Shown here piece by piece: positions 1 to 13,034 of a stretch of 64,000 nucleotides of DNA. The first letter of the stretch is position 1. Each line of letters opens with the position of its first letter. Both the position numbers and the translations under genes were made by a program. The stretch is from Vicugna vicugna (lineage: Eukaryota): assembly GCA_013265495.1 (NCBI GenBank), contig MU058384.1:4770792-4834791 (forward strand), read 5' to 3'. The notes below the pieces were generated by a model. The model had not been told where the DNA came from, searched no databases, and saw only the letters and a program-made list of their open reading frames with translations.

Positions 1-484
1 ATTGTGTGCCAAGTTGAACACGGCTGTGAAACCCAGGCATCAGAACAATGCTCTTTTCCAACCTTTTGTGCTTCCTAAGTAGTTGGTAAACCTCTAGAAA
101 AATTTTAGTTAAACTGAAAAGCAATCTACCATTGACACAAAACATAATTTTATTTATAGAATCCATGTTCGTTAATGACTACCTGCATTGTCATTGTTGA
201 GAGCCTTATTTTTTACATTGTGATGTGTTTTTCTGGAGTTCAGGGCAATATGTACCTTTACAGTCCTATAAAAATGTTACATAATTTGCTCAGTAACAAA
301 AAGCCCATGGTGTTTATAAGGCCCTCTGTCTAACATACTACTTTTCTATGACTGATGTGCAATAAATATTTGAAATAATAATTAAAAATCCCATAGAATA
401 GCATTTTCCTTTACATTTTATAAAAATATAGAATAAAAGGCATGATCTGTTAGTAAATGTGGGAGTAATAATAGTCGTAGTAGT

Positions 485-742
485 AGCAGCTGACATTTAT
501 CAAGTACTTATGCTAGTAAGCATGTGCTTATTCAGTATCCCCTACTCTCATGAGCATTTTACATACAGTGTCTCGTACAGTCCTCCCAAATCCCCACAAG
601 GCGAGATGCCATTATTATCCTCATTTTGCAGATGATAAAACTGAGGCACAGGGAGAATGAAGTAATTTGCCTGAGGTCACACAGTTGGTAAGTGATAAAG
701 CTAACCAGCCTGTCTGACTCCAGGGCCATGCTCTTAAACATT
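485..742 (-). mobile_element. MIR SINE
   Basis: Reverse-complement MIR core: attatcctcattttgcagatgataaaactgaggcacag...aagtaatttgcctgaggtcacacag. Confidence 0.85.
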
Positions 743-2224
743 CAGCTGTCTGTCACAGCTACTTATTTAGTCTTTCATTTCCTATTTCATGAAGTAACTT
801 AAAAAGGTAGCCACATGTACCTGTGGTGACTTGTAGTGTTTGTTTTCATTTTTAATATGTAGGAAGACCCTTTAAGATTAAAAGGAACTTTAGTTATTTA
901 GTATCATTATTGATTGTTCACTTTTTTACAAATGTTGGGGGTAATTATAATGCATTAAGCCATTATATTTTTAATGTAGTCCAAAATATGAGTTTTCTTT
1001 ATTATGTAGTATTAAATTTTAATGTAACTACTTTTATAATATTTTTGCAATAAGATAATGTCTAGTTGAAATAAATTTGATATTTTAGTTGTATGTGTAA
1101 TTTAATAGTGTTCTCGAAGTACTAATTGTGAGTGATTCAAAAGTAAACTCAGATATTATAATCCTCATGCTTAGATAAGATTATGCAGTAACATGTATAA
1201 CTGATTGTAGGTCAGAGTTTTAGATGCCCATCATTAGCCTAGTAGGATAAATTAAGAGATAGAAATGCCAAGTTTTAAGACATACTGAAACTACCTATTT
1301 CTTGGTCATTTCCTGAAATATCTATTCTAATATTCCACACATGATGTATACCTCTGATTGAAAGCTGTGTCATTCAAGGATTTAGGACATATGGAAAATG
1401 GCTTAATGGCTTGAGCACAAACTAGAGCCCTGAATTCCTCATCCAGGCATTTTCTTATGCTTATATTGGTGCTTTTTAAAGTGCCCCAGGAAGAAAGGAT
1501 GGTACTGTGCAAAATAGACAACAGTGTGGTGGGAAAGACTGAAGTAGGAGTTAGAGCGTTGGGATTCTAGACAAAATGCCATCACTTTCTTTTTGACCCT
1601 GCTTAAAAAAAATTTAGCATTTCTACATCTGTTTTTTTCCCCTGAAAAATGGAAAAATACTTGTTCTATTTTATTGTAATGTTTTTATCAAAGGACAAAG
1701 TGAAACTATAAAGCAAGGCATGGAGTAGAGATATGTGAGCCAGGCTGCAGTAGGGAAATCCTAGCCATTTTCTGTAGCAGTGTATATGTTGTACACTTTC
1801 AGTTGAATAGCATGATGTGTGATAACTGACTGATGATGGGAGAGGAAATCAACAAAAGTACAATCCAGGTACTTCAGGGGAGTTTATTACATTTTGATGT
1901 TCAACTAGTAGATGTGCTGAATGATGGAAGATGCTCTCCCATTTGGTTGTCTATGAGACATGAATCTTTTACACTTTCTTGTGTAGCTTTTTGAGCAGTT
2001 TTATTAGTGGCACTTGTACCTTCTCCTTGACATAATTTATGTGTCAGGGAAATACAAGATTATTAACAGGCCCTGAAATATACCTAGGCTACTAGAATTG
2101 AAGTATTACTCAGTAGAACATCTTCAATCCAATGACATAATTTCTTAAGACTAGCTGAAGCAGGAACAAGTCAGGCCAGATAAAATACAATTAAAATATA
2201 TATATATAAACTTTTGAACATTCT

Positions 2225-2598
2225 TGTCTTAATCAATTCAGACTGCTATAAAAAAAATTCCAGAGACTAGATGGATTATCAACAACAGAAATTTATTTTT
2301 CATTTTCTCACAGTTCTGAAGGGTGGGAAGTCTAAGATCAAGGCACCATCAGGTTCTGTGTCCAATGAGAGCCGACTTTCTGGTTCATAGACAGCACCTT
2401 TTGGCTGTAACCTCACATGATGGAAGGGGCAGGGGAGCTCTCTGGGGCCTCTTTTGAAAGGATACTAATCCCGTTTATGAGAGCTCTGCTCTCATGATGC
2501 AAACACCTCCCAAGGGCCCCACCTCCTCCTACCATCACCTTGAGGGTTGGGATTTCAACATAGGAATTTTAGGGGAACACAACATTCAGACCACAGAA
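2225..2598 (-). mobile_element. MaLR solo LTR (MLT1A-like)
   Basis: MLT1A-type motifs (ctcacagttctg, aagtctaagatcaagg, tttcaacataggaatttt, aacattcagacc). 5-bp TSD ATTCT at 2220-2224 and 2599-2603. Confidence 0.85.
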
Positions 2599-4423
2599 AT
2601 TCTCTTCACGTAGCAGATACAAGAGGAAGAGGAGGGTGCTGTGTGACTGCTGGAGGTGGGGAAACTAGAAAAGTAGACCTGCCAGCTCGCACTAATCATA
2701 TTATAATTAGAAATAGAAATATTTATAAGGAAATTAGGTATCCAATAAGATGGCTGTACACAGTAACAGGGCTCTTTGTAATAACACATCTTGACTGAAG
2801 AAAATATTACTGAAATATAGTGTAAGAGGAAGAGCATGCTGTTTTTAGATGTACTTTATTATAAAGTCAATAACATAAGTACATGTTTTAATAATAACAA
2901 GCCTTGTATTCTCTTCAAATGCAAAGGGCACAGGATTAAAGTATCTTATTTCGTCCATTCTTCCTCCTATAAAGATAAAAATCTCCTGAGAAAACCACAT
3001 TATTCTTTTATAATTGTTTAAGGCCAGAACATACACAAAAGCAGTGAACTTACTATATAAATCAAAAGAGTGTCAACTATGAAAATATTAAAAAAAATTT
3101 TTTTAATTCTGTAAAATATGGAATCCCAAATTACAGCTGATTGTAGGTAAACTTAGAAGAATTTGGATGGATATAGCAGTCCTTTAAGCAAATGTAGTTG
3201 TCACCTCTGTCCCCAGCCCCTTGTCCGTTCCTCTGCTCTACCCCCTAGCACATAGCAGTAGTTTCTTGTTGACCTCCAAGAATTCAAACCCAAGAGGAGG
3301 CCAGTGTCTTTGTGTTCCCAGAGCCTGCTCTAGTGCACTCCTCAAAGAGTCATGGAAGGATAGGGATGAGACTGTTAAAATTGTGAGTTAGATTAGAGCG
3401 AAGTATTAACCATACAGAGTTAAATTAGCACAAAGCAGAGAAAATACCAAGTGAAGAAACACAGTATTTTAATTGCAACATCATACTCTAACCATGACCT
3501 ATATAAAAATGTTTTAGAAACCTTTGAAATGTTAAAAGCTTAGAGCTTGAAGGAATTTCAGAAATCATCTATTATAACCTATTTTACAGCAAAGTAATCT
3601 TATACAAATGGATGTCTGTATTTGTAAAGGGTGGGGGAGGGGAAAGAATGCAAGAACTTGTAAGCGGCTTGTGTTTGTAGCATCTGAAAAACTAGGTCTT
3701 TGTGAATATTTCTGCAGTTTATTTTACGGCTGTCTTCACAAAGCTAGAGGTGCTAAAGATAAAATAGGGTGTTAATTTGACTCCTTGAAATCCAGTCAGA
3801 TGGTTATTGTATAGAAGATTCCCTTTAGACAACAGAAGCAAGTATTCACAATTGTTAGAGGTTTATTTTTGTTATCTACATCCATATAGGTCATTTTAAT
3901 CATTTCTGAAAGGCATCTTAGTGCCTGGAAAAATAAAGAAACATACATATTTAGGCAACGTCTTCTGTTATTTTCTACTAGTTGAATTCCTTTTTTAAAA
4001 AAGGAAAAGTATACATGCTTAGCATAACATAATACTTAGAAAATACAGTTTGGCAAGAAGAATAAGATAAACCAAAATCCTACTATCCTGTGTAACTGTT
4101 GCCTGTATCACCATACATGCTGTGTGTGTGCTCACTCACTCAGAACTTGAAGTGACATCGTGGTTGGCGAATATGTTTCTGGCAAGTACAAAAATAGGGG
4201 GAGTCAGAAAATGCCATTAAGTAGTTAACCCCAGTTTTACTTTCCATTCACACTAGCAAAAAACAATTAAATGTTCAAAAGACAATTTTGAAAAGCAAAT
4301 AAGGCAAAGTTCATGGAACACAATTTTTATTTGTTGATTCATTCATCCTTGACTTATCTACTGATGTTAAACTTATAGTCCATTGAGCACTTTTCTTTTA
4401 TAGCCTCAGAGTTTCTGTTTTTA

Positions 4424-4571
4424 TTTTTTTTTAACATTTTTTATTGATTTATAATCATTTTACAATGTTGTGTCAAATTCCAGTGTTCAGCACAATTTTT
4501 CAGTCATTCATGGGCATATACACACTCATTGTCACATTTTTCTCTGTGATTTATCATAACATTTTGTGTAT
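4424..4571 (-). mobile_element. Young 5'-truncated L1 3' end (camelid-type)
   Basis: Begins with poly-T, followed by tttattgatttataatcattttacaatgttgtgtcaaattccagtg. Perfect 16-bp TSD AGAGTTTCTGTTTTTA at 4408-4423 and 4572-4587. Confidence 0.9.
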
Positions 4572-4899
4572 AGAGTTTCTGTTTTTAGACAATCTTTTAT
4601 TTGAGGTAAATAAATGTTCTGAGTGTTATGAAAAGTTCAAACTATATACTGAAAAATAGTAACCAGACCCACAAAATCTAAGTATAGAGACAGCTACACT
4701 TCAATCTGAGAACAGTAGTTGGTGCTGAGGAATGCGCATCACTGCAAAGGGGGGATTGTAGGCATGTCTTCTCCCTCGATTGTGTCCTCTGGGTCTTACT
4801 ACCATCAAAGTCTGCGGGGAAAGAGCACCAGTTATCATTGAGCTATCCTTCATTTAGAGCACGTGAATGAAGTAGTACACGAATACAAAGATCAAAGTC

Positions 4900-6540
4900 C
4901 TAACATTTTTTTATAGGTGCTATCTCATATTCATGCTTTGTGAAACCAAAGTTGATAACTAAAAAAAGAGTGATCATCCTTTTGCATATTCATTATGTTG
5001 CTTTATAAACTTTTTCCTTCTGATTAATAATACATTATGAGCAATTTTCCATCATGATAATTATACATCTGTATGATTTTAGTGGCTGAATTCCCTTTTA
5101 TTAAATGGATACACCATAATTTATTTAAACAACTATTGTACAATTCCACTGTTACATGTTTCTCAATATTTTAAACAGTACTTCATTACACACCCGGCCA
5201 CTCTCACTTAGCTTGTTCCTTGGGCAGAAAATGCCTTGAAGTACAGTAGGTTAGTTGAACAGACAATAAAAGAAGCATCACTTTCTAATTTGCCTTTCCC
5301 CCCTCATTTCTTCTTTAATTATTAGTAGTTTGAATATATAGTTCTTCTTTAGTGAATTTTCTCTTACTAGACTATTGTCATTTGCCTATTTTTCTATTGG
5401 ATTATTGATTTTTAATTGATTCTATGATTTATTAATCCCTTCTCGCACTTCTTTTTTGTGAACAGTTTTATTGAAGTACAATAGACATACAATAAACTGC
5501 ATGTATTTTTTAAGCATATACTCTGATAAGTCTACACTTACTTATATACTTATGAGCCTGTCACTTCATTCAAGATAAGGAACATATCAACATGTTCATT
5601 ATCCCCCAAAGTTACTGTGTGTGCCTTAGTAGTCTCTCTCTGCCTCCCTCTCCAGCCTGGAAAACACTAGGAGTTTGCATTTTCTAGGATTGTATGTAAG
5701 TGAAACAGTATATACCTTGTACTCTTTTTTGTTTGGCTTCTTTCACTCATAATTACTTTGTAGTTGATCTGTGTTTTAGAGTGTATCAATAGTTCCTTTT
5801 TATTTCTGGGTGTTTTATTGTATCAATGTATCACAGTTTGTTTTTCCATTCACTTGTTGATGGGCACTTGGGTTTTATCCAGTTTTTAGCTATTACAAAT
5901 AAAGATGCTATGAATATTCGTCTAAAAGTTTTTGTATAAACATATGCTTTTATTTCTCTTAAATAAATTCCTAGAACTAGAAGGGCTGGATCCCATTACA
6001 GACATACATTTAACATGTTAGGAAGCTGCCAAACTGTTCTCTAAAGTGATTGTGCTGTTTAACCTTCCCACCGGTAGTGTATGTTTCAGTATCTCTGTAT
6101 CCTTGCTAAATTTGAAATGGTCAGTCTTCTTAATTTTAGCCATTATGGTAGGTATGCAGTGCTATTTCATTGTGGTTTTAATTTGCTTATCCTAAGTGAC
6201 TAATGATGTTGAGACCTTCTCACGTGCTTATTTACCATCCATATATCTTCTTTAGTGAAGTGTCTATTCAGATCCTTTGCCCGTGTTTAAAATTAGCTTG
6301 TTTGTTTTCTGATTACTGAATTTTGAGTTAGTTTTTCTATATACAAGTGATGCTGTATCAGATATATGATTTGCAAGTATTTTTTCCAGTCTTTAGCTTT
6401 TCTTCTAATTGTCTTAAAAGTATGGAAGAACAGGTGTTTGAAAATTTTATAAAGTCCAAAATTGTTCATTTATTCCTTCATGGACTTTAAAATTATATAA
6501 TTATTTAATCAAGGAAATACTATTTTTAGTGATTACCTTT
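4900..6540 (-). mobile_element. Old L1 (L1M-type) fragments; main copy about 5455-6490
   Basis: Antisense L1 3'UTR/ORF2-end motifs: ccattcacttgttgatgggcacttggg, gctattacaaataaagatgctatgaatatt, cattgtggttttaatttgc, gactaatgatgttgag. Confidence 0.8.
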
Positions 6541-6672
6541 TATTTTTTCTCCTTTGTGTATACAAGCAGGCATTTAAAATTTTTCAAATGCATTTATTTT
6601 AAGTGATCAAATGAGATAATATATGTGAAAGCAACCTAAAAAATCACAAAGTACAGTACAGGTTCTGTTGTC

Positions 6673-6673
<1 letters not shown>

Positions 6674-6706
<33 letters not shown>
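6674..6706. repeat. (TCA)11 microsatellite
   Basis: Eleven perfect TCA units. Confidence 0.95.
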
Positions 6707-7456
6707 ATGATACTCCCCCTTGGAGTCATGTCTTCCACTCTGGGGAATTAAATCAAAGAAAGAATTCTTTTAAAAAATAAGTTCAACTATAAAAGTACTT
6801 ATTCATACATGGTCTATAATGCACAAAAACAGAAAACATTATAAATATTTAGTAATAGGAGAATGTATAAATAAACTGGCACTTCCGTAGATGAGATATT
6901 GTAAAGCATTTATAAATCATAATTACATAGTTGTAGAAATATGAAAAATCTGCATTTGAATTGAAAAACTGTAAAATTATGTTTACACTGTGATATCTTA
7001 CATATAATGTACATATGTATAAAGATTAAGAGGGGTAAGAAATATGAAAATGGTTGTTTTATGGAGATGGGTTTGTGAATAATTATTGTTTTTGCATTTT
7101 CTTTAATTCTGTTATGCTTTTGATTTTTTAATACTGTATTTTCTGTATGTATCTCTTTAAAGTTAGAGTCCCATCCCAATTTGTTCTGTTTATCAGATCA
7201 AGATACTGCATGGCCTTCAAGGCTCAATTATACTGCCCGACATGAAGTAATCCGTGAAATTATTTCATTTCCTTCTTAATGTTTATAGTATTTAGTACTT
7301 TCACATTTTGTCATTCATGTTGTATTATTATTACCAGAATTTAAAATGTAATATGTACTTTCTGATCATTCATTTAATGCCACAGTTTCATGGCTTAATT
7401 ATTGCATTATGCTTTTACTATGATGCTTTGAACTAATTATGGACTCATTTTTCCAG

Positions 7457-7650
7457 TTGCCCAGCAGGAGGCTGAAATGTTCAAACGCTACAATGGAACA
7501 TTTCCGTTACCCGGAATACACCAGAGTCAGGATGCTTTATGCACCTGCCCTAAACTGCCTCAAGGCTCTTTTCAGATTGATGACTATGTCCCCACTGATA
7601 ATTCTTCAGTGAAGATGCAACAAGTGAAACAGAGACTCGATTCTGTCACA
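7457..7650 (+). CDS. Internal coding exon (194 nt) of an unidentified + strand gene; encodes [14 protein letters not shown]...KQRLDSVT
   Basis: Acceptor tttttccag|TT at 7456/7457 and donor ACA|gtatgt at 7650/7651. The frame is open (overlaps ORF 7477..7677), locally GC-richer than the flanks, and ends in phase 0 matching the next exon. Confidence 0.88.
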
Positions 7651-10344
7651 GTATGTTTGATTATTTTATGTGGTTAAGAAATTGGAAATTTTAAAACCAT
7701 TTTGATCCTATTTTACATTGCCATTTCAATAAATTTTAATCAAACAAAATAGCTACTTAAAACTAGACCTTCTTATACTTTTATAGTTCCTTTTTGGTAC
7801 TTGTTCTAAAATCACTAACTGTAGTAAACAGACTGAACTTAGTTAAGATAATCTGTCATGCTTTCCTGATTTGGTGTCTCTGTAAAGACTAGCCCAAGAC
7901 CTGTTTCTCTGTTTAAAAATATATATGTGTATATCTGCATGTTATATACCTGCAGATATACACACACAACAAATACCAACCCGGGGAAATATTGACATAA
8001 AATATGTAAAAGGATCAGCCTTCTTAATATTCAGGAACTAAATAATAAAGAAAATGGTGAGACTTCAACAAAGAAGTGGATAAAAGAAATAAACATGTAC
8101 TTCCAAAAAAAGAGTAGGTACGAGTGTTTCATAAGCATAGTTTAAAGTTCTGTCTCACTCCTAAGAGAGGTGCCCAGAAACCAGGCGTTGTCCATAAAAC
8201 TGGAAAACAGATAATGAAAATGAGGCTGAGGATACTTGGTTAAAAGTCGTGTGCTATTCTGTTAGTGTATTACTACACAGTCTTTCTCCAAATGTATTGA
8301 GAAGCTTGACTGTCCTTAAAAATACTTAATGCTCTCTGACCATAATAGTTCTTCTAGTTAAAATTAGCCTGAGCTCCTTGAAGACCAGGACTTTGCAGGC
8401 TTGATCCTTGTGTTTTCATCTTTTGGCGCAGTGCCTGGCACTTAATAAATACCCCTCTCCCTCCTCCTTTGATAGGAATCTTGACCAGTTTTAAACCAAA
8501 CATAGGAGGAACTACATTGAGACATCTTTGGTTCTGACTATGTTTGGTTCCTCTCTCCTTTTCTTTCTTTAGAATGTTAGAGAGTTTGAGGTATACCAGG
8601 GTGCAGATCACACTCAGACAGCGGGGTTAGGTTTAGTTGGAATTGGGGGAAGTTTTTTTTTTATATTTCTCAGTATAAATTTTAGAATGTGTGACTACAA
8701 ATGAATAAATATTTCAATGTTGTAATTCTTTATACTTAAACATTTTAAAATAATTGAATAATGCATGGTATTCCAAATTTTAAAGTGTGAATAGGTAAAT
8801 GGAGTTTTAAAAATTAGAGAAAAATATTTCTTCACTGGGAAAAAAAGAAATGGCCCTTATCAGAAACCTTGCATGGCAAAATGACTTCATTTACAGACTT
8901 AAAGGCAACTCACAGATAGATATATAAAAACAAGTTTCTTACAGTCTGTTAGTCTTTTACACTATAAAATGTAACATCCTGGAATCACCTTAGTCTTGTA
9001 GCTTTTCTCCTGTGTCATCTTATATAGCTGTCATCCTCAAATAAATAAAAGTAGATGTAAAGGAAAAATAAAACCAGAAAAATATTTTTTAAGATAGGAA
9101 ATCAAAGGCAAGGGGAAAATAAATTGATTATTATAAGAGAAAAACGTATTTCTCTTAGAATCATAGATTTATTTAGCTTTTACTAAATATTTTCTTTTAA
9201 AAATTATTTAGTGAGTATGTTTGCTTTGGGATTGAGATAGATTGAAACTGTCTTTGGAAATGAAAGCTTTGTCTATTTGCTGTGGTTTTTGAAAAACCAT
9301 GTATTTCCCGTGTTGAGAGGATTCTCTGAACTTTTTTTTCAAATGTTTTCTGCAGTGTCTTTTCTTTCAGAATGTATTTAGTATGTATGGAAATAAAACC
9401 AAAATGTCTTTTTTACTCCCAGAGAGCTCCATTCTTTTTATATTTTGCAAATTTTTAGGTTGAGTTGATTCCCACCTTTTATCACAGTTCCTTTTCTCTT
9501 GTTTCTGGAATTGTGTTTTGGTAGACCCCAAATTCCTTTGTCTGTTACATTTGTTAGCCTGTAAAAGGCTGTGTCACTGGTCTTCTATGTAGAAGTCTAT
9601 TGGAGAAGACAATATGACTCCTGTATCATAGAAGACTGTATTACTGGAAATAGTTCTTTCTTTATTACCATAGTAAGAATGTTTTTCTAGTGAAATGTAG
9701 TTCGAGTTTAGGACATGATTTGTGTGTGTGTGAATTACATAATAAATTCAGCTCTGCAGGTATTTAATAGGTGTTTACCCATTCATGAGTAAAGGACACC
9801 AAAAATAGAGAATTTTCTGTTCTTGGTAGCTTTATCATTTACTCATAATAAAACTCATTCAGCTGTTTCGTATTTAACAGAGTTGACTGTGTACTACTGC
9901 TACAGCAGCACCTAAAGGGTGTTCTGCAGCCCAAATGAGACCTCACAGGTGGTAGACAGTGTCTTGAGAGCATCCATACAGCTCATTCTGGATTTTCAGA
10001 TCCAGAAATTTGGTCTTTTCGGTGCATCCAGAGCTGCTCAGAATCTGGGGTACCCGCTTAAAGTAAGCAGTTCCACAAAAAGTTGGTTTATAAACTTAAA
10101 AACATCTTATAATAAAAGATACCACTCTCTAGCTGCTTTGGCACTCAAGACCATTCCCTCTCTTTAAAATTAACCTGAAGTCTAGGTCAGTGACGACAGA
10201 GTTGCTTGTCAAGCAGAGTCATAGGAATAGGGATTGAATGGGATTTATGCCAATTTCGAAAAACAAAGATTGATTAGTTTTCTCTACCCCACAGGCGATT
10301 TCGCCTTATAATGATTGGTGATCAGTAACATGTGTTTAAGTATG

Positions 10345-10575
10345 AGTAATAACTGACATACTGAATTCCTGGTACTATGCTAAGTATTTTACATGTTCAT
10401 TGCATTAAATCCTCAAAACCATCCTATAGTTGTGGGTGCCAGTATTATCCGCATTTTACAGAAGGTGAAGTTGAGGCTTAGAAAGATCAAGTAATATTGC
10501 CGAGGTGACACAGATGGAAACATTGGAGCTGAGATTCAGTCCAGGCAGTCAGAATCCCATGCCTACAGTTTTACT
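10345..10575 (-). mobile_element. MIR SINE
   Basis: attatccgcattttacagaagg...tgaggcttagaaagatcaagtaatattgccgaggtgacacag. Confidence 0.8.
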
Positions 10576-11422
10576 GTTTCCTTTTAGTGATTGAAATTAC
10601 TAATATCCTTTAGACTTAAGCGTCTGTCCCTTAAAAATTTCTGGATTTAAAAAAAAAACTGATGTCCTGTCTTTCAGTTCTCTTTTTTTCTGAACTCCAC
10701 ATTAATTGTTACCATTTTTCTCTAGTTCTGTGCTAGGCTGATGATCCATGCTGTTAACCTTAGACTTGAACATTTTTTATGTCTCCTTAGCAGCAAATTT
10801 TCAAATTGTCTATTTTATGTTGACTTTTACTAACTTCCTTGACCTTTACTAACTTCCAAGAAAAGTGACCTTTTCTTGGCCTTGTACCATAAGTTGTAAG
10901 CTGTTTCTTGCTGTAGCTCCTCCAGTCATATATTTTACTCTTCTATTACGTTTCCTCTGAAATAAATTATTAATATGGGAATTATATGTATGGTTATTGT
11001 CATTTATGGAGATAATTATATACTGTTGTTCAAAGTGTGTCTTTTCGAGGCATTAGTGTTCCAGGACAGAAGTTTAGTATTTCTGCTAAGTTTATTGAGG
11101 AGACAAGTTTTTCTTGAGGCAGATACATGTGGGCCCTCCAGAATCTTGTTTGTCAGTGCCCCTTTTTTTTTTTTTTTGGAGGTTAGATTTACCAAGGTCA
11201 TATCATCAAGTCTCTTTAATTTACATTCTTTCCAGGTCATTGGAAACAATGCAGAGTGACACCTGCAGGGTGATAGATTAAAAAAACAAACAAACAAAAA
11301 CTCTCCCAAATGTTGACTTTGGTTATTAAAAGATTAATATCTGAATGTATTTAAAAGAGTTGATATTTTATTAATATGAAGGTATGAGCATTTCTTTACT
11401 TATTTTATTGTATTTCTTTTAG

Positions 11423-11449
11423 GAGGTGATACGAGCCTGTGCTGCAAAG
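11423..11449 (+). CDS. 27-nt coding microexon (EVIRACAAK), phase 0/0
   Basis: Pyrimidine tract tattttattgtatttcttttag| and consensus donor AAG|gtaagt. Nine codons, in frame with both neighbours. Confidence 0.85.
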
Positions 11450-11829
11450 GTAAGTACTTTTTATTACCAGGAAGATAACTTTCGTTTTCATTGTGATACA
11501 CCAAATAATTAAAATGTACCACTCATAGTTTTTAATAGAACTTTCACAAAAGTTCATCTTATACGTATTTTCTGTATTTGAGCGTGAATTTATCAAGGAA
11601 TCATAATACTGGAACTTGAGAATTTAGCAATCAGCTTAATATTTTTGAAGATTCAAGAATATTTAAGTGATGGGATATACTTTCAGTAAAGAGCCAGCAA
11701 GGTCATTTCCGTCTCTGAGAAAAAGATTCTGTGATACTTTATAGGTAAGAGACACCAATACAGTTCCAGGAATGCCAAGTAAAGTGTGTAAGCCTTGAAA
11801 TGAATGCAAGCTGCCCATAAATAGCAATG

Positions 11830-12000
11830 ATATGTTGTGCTAATAATGTTCTCGATCATTTATACCATGTTCATATTTCTTTTCCCTTTTAACTATGTAA
11901 CAATTCTGAGGAGACAGATTAGATACTATTGTTACTCCAATTTTAGAAAGGAGGGAACTGAGGCTTAGAGAGGTTAAGTGATTTGCCCAAGACCCCAAAG
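11830..12000 (-). mobile_element. MIR SINE fragment
   Basis: ccaattttagaaaggagggaactgaggcttagagaggttaagtgatttgcccaag. Confidence 0.75.
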
Positions 12001-13034
12001 TTGATCTAAAAATGGAGGTATACAGAAAGGCTCTTGATTATTAAACAATTTTAACAAATTTGTATCTGAGATGCTTTTAGCACAGCATTCTTCCTTTTAC
12101 AAGAAAGACTATTTTATGTACCATCTTTAACTCAGTTGTCAAGAAAATAAGTTTTATTTAAAAGAGTTAAAATGACACCACATGTTCATCCTTCCATCTT
12201 TTCTTCTGTTTATTCCCAAAGTTCAGTTGAATAATGAGACATCCATTTGTTTATCAAATTTGATTGTATGTCAAAACAGTAAAAGAGTGAGATTTCCAGA
12301 AGGCAAAGAATTAGAATGGTATTAGTATGTTCAAAGACTACTTTATATAATGTCAGTGCAGTAGAAATGCTGTTTTTATTCAGTAGACACCTCCTACCAT
12401 GTGCAGGTGCTAGGGCTACAGCAATAAATAGGCTATTGTCTCCTTCCACATAGGGGAAATTTGTCAGAAAACACTGGGCTTATCCCATCACTGAGCTGTT
12501 CAGTATCAGTCAGGACCCATCACTTTTATACCTAATTATCACAAGTCAACAGGATATAGAATATAGACAAGGGGAAGGAAGATGGGGGAAAAAAAGAGAA
12601 CAAACTATATTCTGACTTGGCTGCAGATGTTCAGGAAGTTTGTTCCTGATAGCAATGATTGGTGTAATGATTGTAGCTCCAAGATTACTAAATCTTCTTA
12701 AGCATGTATAACATATAAAACTGGAGTCAAAAAAATTTATTATCTTGACTAGCAGTTTAGAGCTATTTTTCTTTATTGTAACAATGTATGCCCTTCTTTT
12801 GTAATGCTGTCTGAATGTGCAAAGAGTAAAGTGTTTTGCACATATTTGGCAAGACTTTCTAGAGAACATCCTCCACTAATCTGGAAATTCCTGGAGGGGG
12901 GAAGGTCATGTCATTCATCTTTGTATTCCTAGTACTTAACAAAAGTAGAATAAACAGTCATTGAAAATATGATAACGTATTTGGAAATTAATCGAGATCT
13001 GAAAAGGTTAACCTTCCTCATGTCTTTAGTTATT

